The notes: a model not told the origin generated them from the letters alone. Positions 1-14,109 are shown, counted from the first letter of the stretch. The stretch: DNA of 64,000 nt from Octopus vulgaris (GCA_951406725.2 OX597814.1:115072001-115136000), one strand, 5' to 3'. Numbers and translations are program-made.

Positions 1-14
1 GGCGTGAATTCAGG

Positions 15-196
15 TATAAATGGCTGGCATGCAGCAAGCATAGATTTGCAGGGATTAAAGAGACTGAAAAAACATTGGCATTTATCGTCAGACAATTTGG
101 CTGGCAATTGATACGAGGCTCGAGTGCCGAGAGAGTGTGCTTCTTGTTTTGTTTTGCTTTGGTTATTTTCACTGTCAAATGAACGTTTACGTGAGT
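15..196 (+). other. Candidate promoter-proximal non-coding first exon of the host gene
   Basis: TATAAA at 15-20, non-repetitive sequence, and a consensus-like donor TTTAC|GTGAGT at 190/191. No long ORF. Sequence motifs only. Confidence 0.3.
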
Positions 197-369
197 GTAT
201 TTGCTTTTAGTATGGTTTAAACATGCAAAGATTCTCTCTCTTCCTCTGTTTCTCCCTTTCTCTCTCTTTCTCACCCTCTCTCTCTCTTTCTCATCCTCTC
301 TCTCTTTCTCAAACTCTCTCTCTCTTTCTGACACACTCTTTCCTTCGGTGTATAGGTCTGTATTATTAT

Positions 370-818
370 GCGCAGGCATGGCAGTGAGGTAAGAAGCTTG
401 ATTCCCAACACCATGGTTCAGGGTACTGTTCCACTGCGTAACACCTTGGGAAAGCGTCTTCTACTATAACCTTGTGAGTGAATTTGGTGGACGGAAACTG
501 AAAGAAGCCCGTCGTATACATATATATAGAGAGAGTGCTCCAGCTTGATCACGAGCAAATTACGGAAACAAGTAAAAGAATAAAAGAATAGACATACATA
601 TGGGTGTGTGTATGCGTGTGAATGTGTGTGCATGTGTTTGTCTGTCTGTCTGTCTATGTGGCCCTCAACACTGGTGTTGTAAATTAGCGGACCGGCAAAA
701 GAGACGGATAGAATGAGGTACCAATCTTTGAAACGAAGTACGTACAGTGGTCGATTCGTTCGGCTAAAAATTCTTCAAGGCGGTACCTCAGCACGGCTGC
801 AATCTAATGCCTGAAAAG

Positions 819-820
<2 letters not shown>
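370..820 (+). mobile_element. tRNA-headed SINE family A, diverged copy
   Basis: Head GGCATGGCAGTGAGGTAAG, body GACGGAAACTGAAAGAAGCCCGTCG, internal microsatellite and tail shared with about 18 copies in the window. Confidence 0.8.
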
Positions 821-849
<29 letters not shown>

Positions 850-1591
850 TGTATGTATGTATGTATGTATGTATGTATGTATGTATGTATGTATGCATGT
901 ATGTAAATTTAGTTTGAGGTTGGTTATTTACTACGTCGTTTCTGAGTTTTTAGTTCGTCGAAAGCGTCAGTCCATCAATCTATCGCCGGAAGGGTCGCAT
1001 GTAGCTAGAAATTATGTCCAACGACAAAATCATTCATCTGCTTCGAACAATAGTTATTATAACACTACGTATTTTTTTCTTCATTTGTGTATCTAAATGC
1101 GTGGGTGTGTGTTGATACATACACACATACGAATATATTATTTTATTCACATCTAGGCTTCCGACAAAATTCATATTTTGTTTCGTCCGATAGCTCGCCA
1201 GGGACAGGATGGGAGGCTTTGATAACAGCTATTTGTATACAAGACCTAGATAGAAAATCAGACACGGATATGACAATAATATAACTAACTGTGATAACAC
1301 GTATTTAATACTTGGCGAGCTCTAGGGGCAAGCGATATTTGTAGCTTGCTAGTTATTATTGATAAAAATATATAGTTACTCACACTTCACACTTTGTATT
1401 CTTTACATATGCGACCTCAATATGTATCGGCTTATAACTCCCAGATATAAAATTCTTCCGTCTTTTTTTTTTTTTTTTTTTGTCCAGTCGACTCAACTCG
1501 GAATAAAGCTTTGTCCGAAACTTTGGAAATTTCACGCCCCACTCTCACTTGTGAGTGGATTTGGTAGACCAGAACTGAAATGAAACCCGTC

Positions 1592-1647
<56 letters not shown>

Positions 1648-2346
1648 CATGATTATATAGTCTACATACTATATTCACCGTGCAGTATATATCTGGAATA
1701 TAATTAGTGTACAATGTACTGAGTTTTGTCTTATATCTTGTGATAAGAATTATAGTATGCGTGTGTGTTTGTTGTGTACGCACGTGCATAAATATGCATG
1801 TATATACATACATGCATACATATGTAAAGCAGAATGTTTATGGGCGCCGTGTTGTATTTGTTTCATATCGTTCTCTTTTACAAGAAAAAATCTTGAAACG
1901 AATTTCAAGTCAGAATGCCTAATGCATCTTGAGATGAAACGGCAGCTCGACTATCTAAATCCTTTGCGGGTTAATATATACAAGAAAATTGTTATGTCAT
2001 AGATCAACATCAGCTGCCAAGATTTTAGAAAAAAAAAAATCTTGTAATGTTGTTTGTAAATAAGAGTATATAGATATTAAAATAGAAAAAATATCACTGC
2101 ACAAATCATATCTGAAAATTAGTTTCAAGATAAATATCTTTCAAATATATTGGCTTTCAAGTTTAACTTATGCCTTGAATTTCATTAATAAATTTCCGTG
2201 GCTCGTGAAAATATACTAACAATAAAACATCTTGGCTATGTATTAATTTCAGCGGTTATTTCCTCCTTAGCTATAAGATATATATATATGATATGATAAC
2301 TATATAATATATGACATATATAATATATATATATATATATAATATA

Positions 2347-2389
<43 letters not shown>

Positions 2390-2527
2390 TTAGAGATAAA
2401 ACCACTATTAGGCAAATCAAACAAAACCAAAACATAGAAATAAAATTAATTAATATAATATACAAATATATAGAATATAAAATTCAAAATTTAAATTATT
2501 TAAATTTAAAGTTAAAAATATATATAT

Positions 2528-2557
<30 letters not shown>

Positions 2558-2561
<4 letters not shown>

Positions 2562-3790
2562 GTGAGGGAAGAAATGGAGCTGAACGAAGATTTTACAAAA
2601 TTCCTTTTTATTATTTTCTACATATGTTTCAAAGGCTGCAAAGTCCCTAATTCGGATTGAATAAGGAGACCATTTTGCACCTTTCTCTTCAGGGAAATCC
2701 AGGAACTTAAATCTCCAACAAAACGCGCAGCAAGCTTTTCGACAAACGCTCTCTAGGAGCCCATGGTATGAATGGCACAAAACTGTCTCTCAATATGCGT
2801 TGACGTCGGGCTGGGTGAAAGCCGACGAAAAAGTTCGTTGAGATAATTCGAGGTCAAAATCCGGTTAACATAGGGGAGGGGAAGAATTACAGAAAACCAA
2901 AGAGTGTGAATATATTCTGTATGACTAGTGTTAATATTCGAATTGTTTTAAGAATGAGGGCTATCATGTTTGGGTGTGGGAAATTGCCTACATGTATGTG
3001 TGTGTGCGCCTATGTATGTGTGGCAGTATGTTTAGGAAGCTGCTAGGGAGAAATATATAGCAGCTATTAATGGTCAAGCAGCTGAAGAAAAACCTGTGTC
3101 TGTGTGTTCGTCTGTGACCAGTTTATAGAGAGATGGCTTGTCAACAATGGGAGTATACATCCCTGATAGTATTTCTAAATAAGTAGCAGTTCATACGGTA
3201 AAAGGGGAGTAATTTCCCCTTACAAATATAATTCAACATTTTTTTCAAAATTTTTTTTCCTTTTCTTAGGACATCAAGGGGTTAATTATCTTAGACTTCA
3301 TTGGTATGCAAGAAATGTGTGCCGCCTCCAGTGCGGACATCTAAAAGAATTTTGCAAAATCGAGTTAACAAGTTGCCCTCGGGCGAATAAAATGTGAAAA
3401 CGTTCCGAGTTGCAAAGATTACAGATTCTTTTGCCTCTAACAAACGGTACAGACACCGATTAAATCGACCATTCCAGTCTAAAGGTTGAATTCGCGTTCT
3501 TCAAACGCCAGACTAATTTACTTAGCCCGGTCGCGTGTTGCTTTCCAAAATCGCGAAACGTTGTGAAGTGATTCGATATTCTGATGGCCAATTTCGATGA
3601 TGAAGCCCCGATATACAAGTAGACATCTGATTCAGTATAAACTCTGCATTGGTAAATGGCGTTTCTAATCTTGGAATTACTAGATAAGAACCTTATTCTA
3701 TTGGGATTGGCTTCCGATATTAATACGGCGTTCTTATTACTGTGATGATTGTAAAAACTACGGCTGTCTTCGACATTATGCACCCCATTA
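2558..3790 (-). mobile_element. Penelope-like element 3' end (GIY-YIG endonuclease plus pseudo-LTR), Naiad-like, pseudogenised
   Basis: ORF 3460-3783 has NAIYQC...LYIG...RISNH...LSKLVWRLK...LEWSI. Reading through TAA at 3460-3462 gives SVSVPFVRGKRICNLCNSERFHI...CPHWRRH to TGA at about 3298. A hammerhead lies downstream and (TA)n flanks both sides. Clade assignment is inferred from the C-terminal CxxC/CxH. Confidence 0.85.
2613..2698 (-). ncRNA. Type I hammerhead ribozyme in the PLE pseudo-LTR
   Basis: Minus strand reads AUUUCC-CUGAAGA-G-AAAGGUGCAAA...UUUGCAGCCUUU-GAAAC-AUAU-GUA-GAAAAU. Canonical core, paired stem II, GUA triplet, stem I 5 of 6 paired. Confidence 0.85.
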
Positions 3791-3999
3791 TATATATATA
3801 TATGTATGTATATATATATGTATGTATATATATATATATGTATATATATATATGTATGTATATATATATATGTATGTATATATATATATATGTATGTATA
3901 TATATATATGTATGTATATATATATATGTATGTATATATATATATATATTATGTATATATATATATATATATATGATATATATATTATTATATATATAT

Positions 4000-4066
<67 letters not shown>

Positions 4067-4109
4067 GTATGTATAATATATATATATATTATTATTATTA
4101 TTATTATTA

Positions 4110-4149
<40 letters not shown>
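3789..4149. repeat. Compound (TA)n/(TATG)n/(TAT)n microsatellite
   Basis: Direct inspection. Confidence 0.95.
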
Positions 4150-4616
4150 GAGCGAGAGAGCAGTGCATGCCATCAAAGTGACACTGGAGTAAAATATACA
4201 AAGGGCAGTATACCCATCATGACTACCTGTCTGATAAGGGTGGGACTCAGTCAGAATTTTCTTCTGGTTGAGTAGCCCATCCCACTCAAAAGTTCCCTGA
4301 ATAAGGATTGTTTAAGGATGCTGAATGAACCACCCATGTTTCCAAAGGTGAATTATCCAAACCTCCAAGAATTTCTTTCAACACACGGCTATGATGCTTC
4401 CCCACTACTTCTGTTCATGATCAGAGATGCACATATCGTCAGCCACTAAGGGACATAGTCAACTGGTTATGGTCAAACAAGTGACAAGCAAATCTGTGGT
4501 ATTGAGCAGACTATTTGTTGTAGCCCATCTTTTATACCAAGACAAAACAATGTACATGATAACACTTCCAATCAGTTAAGATCAGAAGCCATGAGGGCCA
4601 CTGTGTGGTACTGCAT
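4150..4616. mobile_element. Unclassified ~470-bp element embedded in (ATT)n/(ATC)n tracts
   Basis: Complex sequence sharply bounded by trinucleotide tracts on both sides (4087-4149, 4614-4690). Only one copy in the window; retroposon origin is inferred. Confidence 0.45.
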
Positions 4617-4627
4617 CATCATCATCA

Positions 4628-4692
<65 letters not shown>

Positions 4693-5174
4693 CAATTAAT
4701 AAAGAACCGTGTATAGTTGAACATTATATTCCGTGCTTTTCTCGGCAAGAAAGCTGACAATAAAAATCTGGCGTCTTTTGTTCACCTCTTTACGCAATCA
4801 GTTCAACATTTGCGCGAGTCGTCCTTCGACAGTCCATTCATTTGTATTGAACAGACTTTTCAACAAGATGTTGCTGCTGTGGCTAATAAGGGCTATCGTA
4901 GGGTAATGGGAAAACAATAATGTCTTGGTTGCTTTCATGCGATCTCTAGGTCATTCTGTCGTCTCACAATTACTGTTACACAACTAGGCGAGGACCTTCG
5001 ACATTACGTATTCATTTTCTGTAACTTCGCAGGAAGGTTATCTGCATATACTGCTTTGTTGCCAGGTAACCGCGCAGAATTGCTTTTATTTTACCTTCCA
5101 GAATTTCTGGCCTTCATTGTGATATGCCACTATCGCCGTTACTGTCACTTTCTGAGGCATCAACGTTTTAGATA

Positions 5175-5233
<59 letters not shown>

Positions 5234-6109
5234 CTATTGTACGCCTACCTCTAAAAGGTGGTGGCATTTTTAAGGGTTCATAGATACGTCTTTTGAAGAG
5301 TATACAGCCAATTAGACTGGTCCTTATTGAGTTGACACCAGATGATGAAAAACAAAAGCCAAGTCAGGTATATCCCATTTTAGTTTAGTTAAGGTGATAA
5401 TTTAGTCTACATTATTTTTATTGTCACTATTTATCAGTTTAATTAATTTTACTAGTTACATAACAACAAAAAAAACAAGTATGTAATGTTGCATAAAAAT
5501 GTATAGTTTCGCTAAATTCTATCAAATCTGGAATTGGAAATTCTCGTGGATGTCTGATAAGGTAGTATAGTGTTATGTTGGTCACTTCGCAGTCACCTGT
5601 CTCGCAAATCATGAATGCCTTCGGCTTTTGCTCGTTATGCAATTTCTTATAGTAAGGACAATTTCATTAACTACATTTTCCAATTCAACTAACTCAAAGA
5701 GAGACAACGGAATCTACATTGAATTGATTTGATGACATTTCATCCAAAGGATATCATTGATTTTATTTATGTGGAGAGCTGTATGATGATTAAACTTTAG
5801 TTCAAATCTACATTCAGTCAACTTTTTTCTCCGTATTCATTTCTTTCATCGTGGTTTCTCCTGCAAATTCATCGTTCTATTCTATCCCCGAGTAAGTTGA
5901 TTCAACCATCGAACAGTAGAGCACTTGTTAGCCACAAATAGTTTGACATTCAAAGTTTTTTCTCTCTTTTGTCTGCTTTGTTGCTAAATAAGTTGAATAG
6001 ATTTCTTCTTGCCTATCGTAAGATACACTACACAGTAATGCGAGCCTTTGACTTTCATCCTAAAAAAAGAAGCGTAACAATTTCACCATTATAATTCTTT
6101 GTGATGGTG

Positions 6110-6200
6110 TATCTGGATCACAACATTTATATTAAATTTATATTAAATCTGGTTCACAACATTTATATTAAATCTGGTTCACAACATTTATATTAAATCT
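6110..6200. repeat. 25-bp tandem repeat, about 3 copies
   Basis: Unit ATCTGGTTCACAACATTTATATTAA. Confidence 0.9.
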
Positions 6201-6504
6201 TTCGATTCTCATATTAAAGTATTTCAGTACATTGGCATTCCTAGTAATGGAAGTTATAAATTAGAAGTAATACCAGTATGACTTTGAGTTCAATTCAGCG
6301 TTTGCTTAAACTTTCCATGATGAAACAATACTGTCAAAGTACGAAACATTGAAAGGATATTTAGATAAGAACCATTTGATGTAAGTTGAAATAAATTCGT
6401 TTCGTATGTGGAACATAATAGATAAGTAGGAGGGAGATAGTATAACGTTGCTGTTAAATAAGATATTACTCTAGCATAGCAGTTTGTCGAAAATATCCTA
6501 TGTA

Positions 6505-6667
6505 GGCGTAGGAGTGGCTGTGTGGTAAGTAGGTTGCTTACCAACCACATGGTTCCGGGTTCAGTCACACTGCGTGGCACCCTGGGCAAGAGTCCTCTTC
6601 TATAGTCTCGGGCCGACAAAAGCCTTGTGAGTGGATTTGGTAGACGGAAACTGAAAGAAGCCCGTCG

Positions 6668-6712
<45 letters not shown>

Positions 6713-6929
6713 ATGTGTGTGTGTGTATGTGTGCATATGTTTGTGTGTCTGTGTTTTCCCCCATCCAAGCATCGCTTGACAACCGATGCTGATGTGTTTA
6801 CGTCCCTTAACTTAGCGGTTCGGCAAAAGAGACCGATATAATAAGTACTAGGCTTACAAAGAATAAGTTCTGGGGTTGATTTGCTCAACTGAAGGCATGT
6901 CGGCAGTCAAATGACTGAAACAAGTAAGA

Positions 6930-6932
<3 letters not shown>
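6505..6932 (+). mobile_element. SINE family A, full length
   Basis: A-box-like TGGCTGTGTGGTAAG, B-box-like GGTTCAGTCAC, CORE-like CCCTGGGCAAG, internal (TA)(TG)n, tail ...GCAGTCAAATGACTGAAACAAGTAAG. Confidence 0.92.
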
Positions 6933-6967
<35 letters not shown>

Positions 6968-8127
6968 AGTTTTAAAAAAAGAGTATTGTACAATATCTGG
7001 AATAATGGATCCTGTATTTTTACAGATTAATGAATTGACTCTATGAGAATTAAGTATACAGAATACAAATTTCATATACATGATCCAGATTATATGCTTT
7101 TCAGCCTTTTACTGGCTCCCTGTCTATATCATAAACTAACAAATACCCAATAGCATGATCTTTTATATATAGTTGAGATACAAGGGAGATAATCACATAG
7201 CGAACGGAATCACTGGTGAAGAAAGATATGAGCAAATTGCTTCGTTCCCATACTGAATTTTTTTATTTCGTTTACTTCATGTCTGGTTTTAAGATAATAA
7301 TTAGTTCTAAATAGTAAAGAGATTTCTGTGTGTCATTTCAAAATATTTCAATATCCTTCATAATGAATATAAATTCATATAATTGCTTCAGAAACTTACA
7401 AAATGCGCAGAAACTTTATGTTGGACAAAATATATATATTTTATGAAATATATTTACATAATCGACTGGTTTCGCTTGACTAAGAAATTATTGATAATGT
7501 TATAATTTCATGATCTCAGATAAAGATTTCATTCCATGTCAGTAGGAGGAGGGTTATTCTGTAAATGAATCAGGAGGCAAATGTATGTCATATGTTCATA
7601 AAATTTCCAATAAATCCTATGGGATCGATGGCGAATTCTAATAGTTGGGTTAACAGATTTTATAACAATTTAGAATGTTTATTGTTGGATTTGGACACTG
7701 TTTTGTAGCGATAATATGTTTTACCGTGATATTAGTCACCGGAATTTCAATCCAGTGACAAATATTTATTCTTTCCTGTGAGAGACGACTCACACTTGGC
7801 AATTCCCAGGCAAATTGGTAATTACCAACAAATCACACAATCTGCAAGTTTGTTGTGCGTATGTGAATGTCTCTGTTCGTGTTTCGTGAGTGTGCATATG
7901 TCTATACGCGACTGGGTTCGTGTGGTGTATGCGTGTATGCTGTCATGTATGTAAATATGTTTATGTGTGTGAGTTATATATGAGTTTATGTGTTCGTGTG
8001 TTTATGTGAGCGTGTTCGCGTGAATATGTATAAAAATGTGTTTATGCTTGCTTATGTGTTCGTACGCATATGCGTGTATTCACGTAGATATCTGTGCGTA
8101 TATGTGTATGCTAGTGTTCATACAAAC

Positions 8128-8186
<59 letters not shown>

Positions 8187-8384
8187 TTTGCGTGTTTCTG
8201 CATATATGTTGATATGTGTGTTCTTAATTGGCTTGTTGCCATGCCACTGGAAAGGAATAAGATTTCTCCTTTGCCCAGCAGTAGCAGACAACACGTGGTT
8301 ACTGACAGCAGGACGCTAGCGCCTACTGGGATCCGATTCTAAGCAACCACCATCAAGCAACAACACCAATAATAAAGTAATACA

Positions 8385-8640
8385 GTCGATCGTAAGTTCG
8401 ATTCCCGTTGGCGCGTTGTGTCCTTGAGCAAGACACTTTATTTCACGTTGCGCTGGTCATCTCAGCTAAAAATGAGTTGTACTTCTATGTCAAAGGGCCA
8501 TTCTGTATGTGACGCTGAATATCCTTGAGAACTACGTTAAGTGTTCGCATATCTGTGGTGAGAGTGTTCAGTTACTTGTGCGTTAATTTTAGAGTTTCGA
8601 ATCAACTGAAACACTCGTCATCGTAACCGACGGAGTGCTA
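8385..8640 (+). mobile_element. tRNA-derived SINE family D (GTGTCCTTGAGCAAGACACTTTATTTCAC body)
   Basis: B-box GTTCGATTCC and tail CGTAACCGACGGAGTGC. The tail recurs reverse-complemented at 20950; related bodies at about 12430, 28500, 42620, 53815 and 56020. Confidence 0.75.
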
Positions 8641-8649
8641 GTGGTAAAC

Positions 8650-9170
8650 ATACATGTTTACTGCACACGTACACACACGCACGCACATACACATATTACA
8701 TACATCACATATATAAGCAATACACTACCCGTACACACACAACACACGTACATACATATCACCCAACGCCCAACCTCTCAATACCATATCCCACTTCTCC
8801 TACTAACCTGTCAAATCCACTCCACATTCATTCACACACATACACACACTTATACACCACACATAGGTATCCCCCAACACACACACAAGCACACACACAC
8901 ACACACACTTTCAAATACATAACGGCCATTTTTGCCCTTTCCTGACTCTATAAACAACTTTGTTTCTCCAACTTCTGCTCAGTTACTTTTTGCTTAATTT
9001 TTCTTTTCACCTCACCCCCACCCTTCCCTAGATTTTCTTCCTGTTTCCGACGAAGAGCCATGCTCGAAACGTCATTTCTATTTCTATTTTTCATCTAAAA
9101 CTTTCACTGAGCGACAATCTAATAAGTTAAATGTGTACGTCCAATTGACTTTTGGTATTATTTCCTGTTT
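8650..9170 (+). mobile_element. Penelope pseudo-LTR remnant with minimal hammerhead
   Basis: C/A-rich segment, then CCGACGA-AGAGC-CAT-GCTC-GAAAC-GTC (9047-9073) and CTGAGCG, ending at (TA)n. Same layout as 48300-48500. Confidence 0.7.
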
Positions 9171-9207
9171 ATATATATAGAAAGAGAGGGGGAGAGGTAG
9201 AGAGATG

Positions 9208-9208
9208 G

Positions 9209-9242
<34 letters not shown>

Positions 9243-9369
9243 ATAATAACGGAAAAATATATAATGACCATTATTTATACCTAGCCTTATATATAAATAT
9301 GTGTATGTATGTATATATGTATATATGCATATATATACATACATATATATACACACACATATATATATA

Positions 9370-9404
<35 letters not shown>

Positions 9405-9658
9405 TTATATACATATATATACATATATATATACATATATATACATATATATATACATATATATACATATATATATACATATATATACATATATATATAC
9501 ATATATATACGCATATATATATATACATACATATATATACATATATATATACACACATATATATATATACATATACATATATACATATACATATATATAT
9601 ATATATATTACATATATATATATTACATATACATATATATATATATACATATACATAT

Positions 9659-9692
<34 letters not shown>

Positions 9693-9729
9693 ATACATAC
9701 ATGCGTATATATATATGTACATATATATA

Positions 9730-9776
<47 letters not shown>

Positions 9777-9790
9777 GTATGTATGTATGT
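9208..9790. repeat. Long compound (TA)n/(TATACA)n microsatellite
   Basis: Direct inspection; it generates the YI-rich pseudo-ORFs. Confidence 0.97.
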
Positions 9791-10454
9791 TTGTATGGTC
9801 ATGTACTGTTTTCGTAGTGAAGGAAATATTGCATAACTCCTAGTTTTCCTACACGAATTGATTTTTCACCATCTCTATTAAGAACAATGAAATCTTCAAA
9901 GCAATGGGTATCCATATCGTTACACAAAGAGATATATCTGTAAAGCGCAATATATTGCAGTGAATTCAATAATAACATCATTAACTCTCCATCTACCCCC
10001 ACACTCTCTCTCTCCCTATAAATATTTGATTTTCATTATTTGATTTCATTTATTGTTGCTGTATATTAAATTTGAAGCGCTTATAACACTTTAAGGTTTC
10101 CTTTCACTATAATGTACCAACAATTAATTTGTAACATTCTATGTAATATTACAGTAGTGGAAAAATAGTTAGGATTTCTACCAAATATCGCACAGACGGT
10201 ACCTAACAAGAAGGCGTAAGCTGTAAACGTAGTATTAGACATCATGTAACAATTCCAAAACAAAAAGGAGACAGTGAACAATGTAATCATTGCTATACAA
10301 AATAATGGTATAGCAACGATTGGAGCACTGCTAATTATATGTGTTCTTGACAAAAGCTAACGTGGGACTAAAACATCAACAATAAGTAGATGTAATGTTA
10401 TTTTTTATTGAAGTTTATAGGGAAGTAAATACTTCGATTTTCTGGCACTCCTTC

Positions 10455-10502
<48 letters not shown>

Positions 10503-10700
10503 TCTTCTTTCTCTATCTCTCCCCTCTTTCTCTCCCTCTCTCTCTCTCTCTTTCTCATACACACACACGAACGTGTATGTGAACAATAAGGGGAATCATT
10601 GCTAATTGTAAACTACATATATATATGTATGTATGTATGTATATATGAAATTGAATAAACGACAAGGGAATAAGAAATTATGTCAGGAAATTCATTAGCT

Positions 10701-10796
10701 TATAACTTCAAGCTCCGATGAAGCTATTGGGTGATACACAACCACTCAACTATGAGTGCACTGCATCAGAAACAGCTGTTAGCTAATGAAGTTATA
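10701..10796 (+). ncRNA. Type I hammerhead-like motif (U4C core, decayed stem II)
   Basis: UAUAACUUCA-AGCU-CCGAUGA...GAAAC-AGCU-GUU-AGCU-AA-UGAAGUUAUA. Stem I pairs over 4+10 bp, stem III is the palindrome ACAGCUGU, and there is an inner hairpin CACUCA/UGAGUG. Confidence 0.65.
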
Positions 10797-10824
10797 TATG
10801 TATGTATGTTTGTATGTACATGTA

Positions 10825-11605
10825 GATGCAGGCGTGACTGTGTAGTAAGACGTTTGCTTCCCAACCACACGGTTCCAGGTTCAGTCCCACTGCGTGGAAT
10901 TCTAGTCAAGTGTCTACTGTTATAGCCTCAGGCTGATCAAAGCCTTGTGAGTGAATTTGATATACGAAAAGTGAAAGAAGTCCGTCGTGTGTGTGTGTGT
11001 GTATTTGTGCCTGTGTTTGTCTCCCACCACCGCTTGACAACCGGTGTTAGTATGTTTACATCTCTGTTGGGTGAAAGAGTCCGATAGAATGAGTATCAGA
11101 TTTTAAATAATTAAGTACTAAGGTCTTTTCATTCGACTAAGACTTCTTCAAGTCGGTGCCCCAGTATGGCTACAGACTGAGATGTAATTGAATTACATGT
11201 TGTGCAAAATCATCTATATTAGAAAAACAGATTAGTTTGCTTACCAACCTCATGGTCCCGGGTTCAATCTCACTGCGTGGCACCTTGGGTAACTGTCTAC
11301 TATAAGCCTCGGATCGACCAAAGTCTTCTGATCGATTTGGTAGACGGAAACTGAAAGAAGCCCATCGTATATGTATATGTATGTGTGTGTGTCTGTGTCT
11401 GTGTCTGTGTTTGTCCGCCCACCATAGCTTGACAACCTATGCTGGTGTGTTTATGTCCTTGTAACTTAGCGGTTCGGCAAAAGAAACCGATAGAATAAGT
11501 ACTAGGCTTACAAAGAATAAGTACCGGGGTCGATTTCCTCGACTAAAAGCGGTGCTCCAGCATACCCGCAGTTAAATGACGGAAACAATTGAAAGAGTAA
11601 CAGAG
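10825..11605 (+). mobile_element. Two consecutive SINE family A copies (10825-11180; 5'-truncated 11232-11605)
   Basis: Both align by eye to 6505-6932. Confidence 0.88.
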
Positions 11606-13385
11606 TAGAGTAGACTTATAGACACAGAGAATATGTGTAATGGAATTAGTGTAAGAGACTGTATTAGTTCCTTGAAAAAAGTGGAACACTCAGTTGCAAG
11701 CATTAGGACCTGTTTTGTGAACGCTTTCTCCATAATCAGTCACAAACGCCTTGAAAAGAGCCTTGGACACTGATTTTCTCTCCATTTGATCGTGCGTGTG
11801 TGTGTGTGTGTGTTTTCCTTGCCTCCCAACTATTTGCCGTAAATTTTTTTTTTAAATAATAAGTACAAAAAAGGAACAAAAAATATTGATGGTCATGTTG
11901 CCAGTTTAGCCTATAAAAACACACGCACTGTATATTTTGTGTTCACTTGCTTCGGCTTTATTTTATCTTTATCTTATTTCGGCCATAGTTCTTTCGGCAC
12001 ACTTCTGTGACCTCATTAGTGGTCCTTTGATTTCTCCCCTCTTTTTTTTTTCTTTCCTTACTAGCCGTCTGCCATTTTGTATTCTTGTTTGATGTGACAC
12101 AATCTTGCAAAGCAAATATATAAACGTAAAAAAAATGTTTTCTGCAAATATTATTTTATTTCAACAGGCACGTAGAATGTTGTTTATCACTTCAAGCCTT
12201 TGTTTGATTCTAATTAGGATATTGTTATTCAGAAAGGTCATCAAATGAATGCCTACTTGACATCGAAGAGCATTGATTTCACAGTTTTAAGATACTTTCA
12301 AGTATCAAATTAACCATTTCCATAGGGTATTGAATATTTGCAATTTCACACACACACTCTCTACTTCTATCTCCCTCTTCCTCTCTCACTCTATCCCTCT
12401 CTTTCCTCTTATATATGCATGTACGATCGTGTGTGAGGCCTCGAGGTTAGAGTGTTGGCCGATTCTGCGATCAGTCAGTGCTGTGTCTTTGAGTAAAATA
12501 CTTTATTTCATGCTACTTCGATCTACTCAGTGGAAAATGAGTTCCATCCGGCCATTGGTGCTGCCATCTTTCCTTCCACCTTTTACATTTTTGTTGCTGT
12601 GCTCAATCATGGATGTCTACGTCTACCCACAACTATATGAACATTTGAAACATCTTGCAAAAACATATTACTAACAAAAAAGTCATATTCATTACTGTGT
12701 GTGTGTGTGTGTGCGCGTGTGTGTGTGTGTGTGCGCGTGTGTGTGTGGTCGTCTACTCCCTACGCAGAGTGCCGACCACCTCTTGTACCTTAGATCCATC
12801 ATGGCGTCTGATGTGGCTTTTTAAACCAGACAATGTGTTTCTATTAATTTCCATTTTCCTTTGATATGATTAAGTATATATATATATATATATATATTCT
12901 TTTACTGTTTTACACGTTTCAGTCATTTGACTGCGGCCAAGCTGAACCACCAGTTTCATTCGGTTCAATACGACTTAGAGCTTCGAAGGTTTCTTGAGAA
13001 ATCTAGCCCATCGAGCTCAGTCCCATATGTCGTTTCACAGCGAAAGTGGCGCGTAAAAAGAATATTCGTGCTATTACATGAACCATAATCAAGTTGGAAT
13101 CGTGTGTCTAAAATGGTCATAGAATACAGGCAGATAGTTATGGACACCAAAATGAAGTGCGCTATGGTTTATTTATATCCTTAATGGTTTTCAATGCCAT
13201 TTACATTTTTTTCTGTACAAATATGTATACACACACAAACACGCACACACATACACACATATACCGATTTATAAATATATATATACATGTATATGTGTGT
13301 GTGTGTATGTATGTATATACATATACCGATATATATAAATATTTATATATATGTGTGTGTATGTGTATATATATATATGCATACA

Positions 13386-13445
<60 letters not shown>

Positions 13446-13501
13446 GAAAAAAAGTCAAAATAGAAAATGCTAAATGCTAAAATAATTTTATAAAGAACAT
13501 T

Positions 13502-13540
13502 TCAGTACCGGTTTCAATCATTTGGGACCTTTTCAACTAT
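13502..13540 (-). ncRNA. Degenerate minimal hammerhead-like motif in a TA-flanked PLE fragment
   Basis: Minus strand AGU-UGAAAA-GGUC-CCAAAU-GAUU-GAAAC-CG-GUA-CUG with palindromic ACCGGU stem III; the core is non-canonical. Confidence 0.4.
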
Positions 13541-14109
13541 AATAATTAAATTTAGAAAAATTAAAAGAAAAGTTTTTTTAAAAGAATATTTGTATAATGT
13601 TCAAATACAAGTGGCATTTTCCTTGTTTCTGCCTGTTTCTATCTCTCTTGTTTACTCTTGTGGGTTCGAGGTATACACACACACACACACACATATGTAT
13701 GTATGTGGATGTATGCGTGTGTTTGCATTTAAGCACAAATACACACATGCACACACACGCATACACATTTACACACGTACAAGCACATACAGAATATATA
13801 TCAGCAAACTCCAATTTTGGGCCAGCAGAAGTCGTTGTCAGGTGGTGTTCAGCTTCCTTGTATCATTTTGATAACCCAGTTTATTCTGCAATAGAAGATA
13901 GCCACATGCTAAATATTTATCAAGTATAACTGCGCTGTATCATACGGTTTTATGTTGCAGGATTAGCAATTATTAAATTAGAAGTTACAACGGAGGGTAG
14001 TGACGACAATAAGTGGATTTTATTCGATTCTGTTGTTAATTAACTCAAAAGCACGCACATATGTGTATGTATTTACATATGTATGAATGAATGCGTGTTT
14101 ATAACGAAT

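Noticed and set aside
5033-5065. 33-nt micro-exon candidate (TTCGCAG|...CAG|GTAAC)
   Set aside because: Such motif pairs are expected by chance in 64 kb, and the phase does not join the 40237 frame.
6290-6888. Recurring peptides such as RRASFSFRLPNPLTRL and [14 protein letters not shown]
   Set aside because: Chance frames of SINE families A and B, not a protein family.
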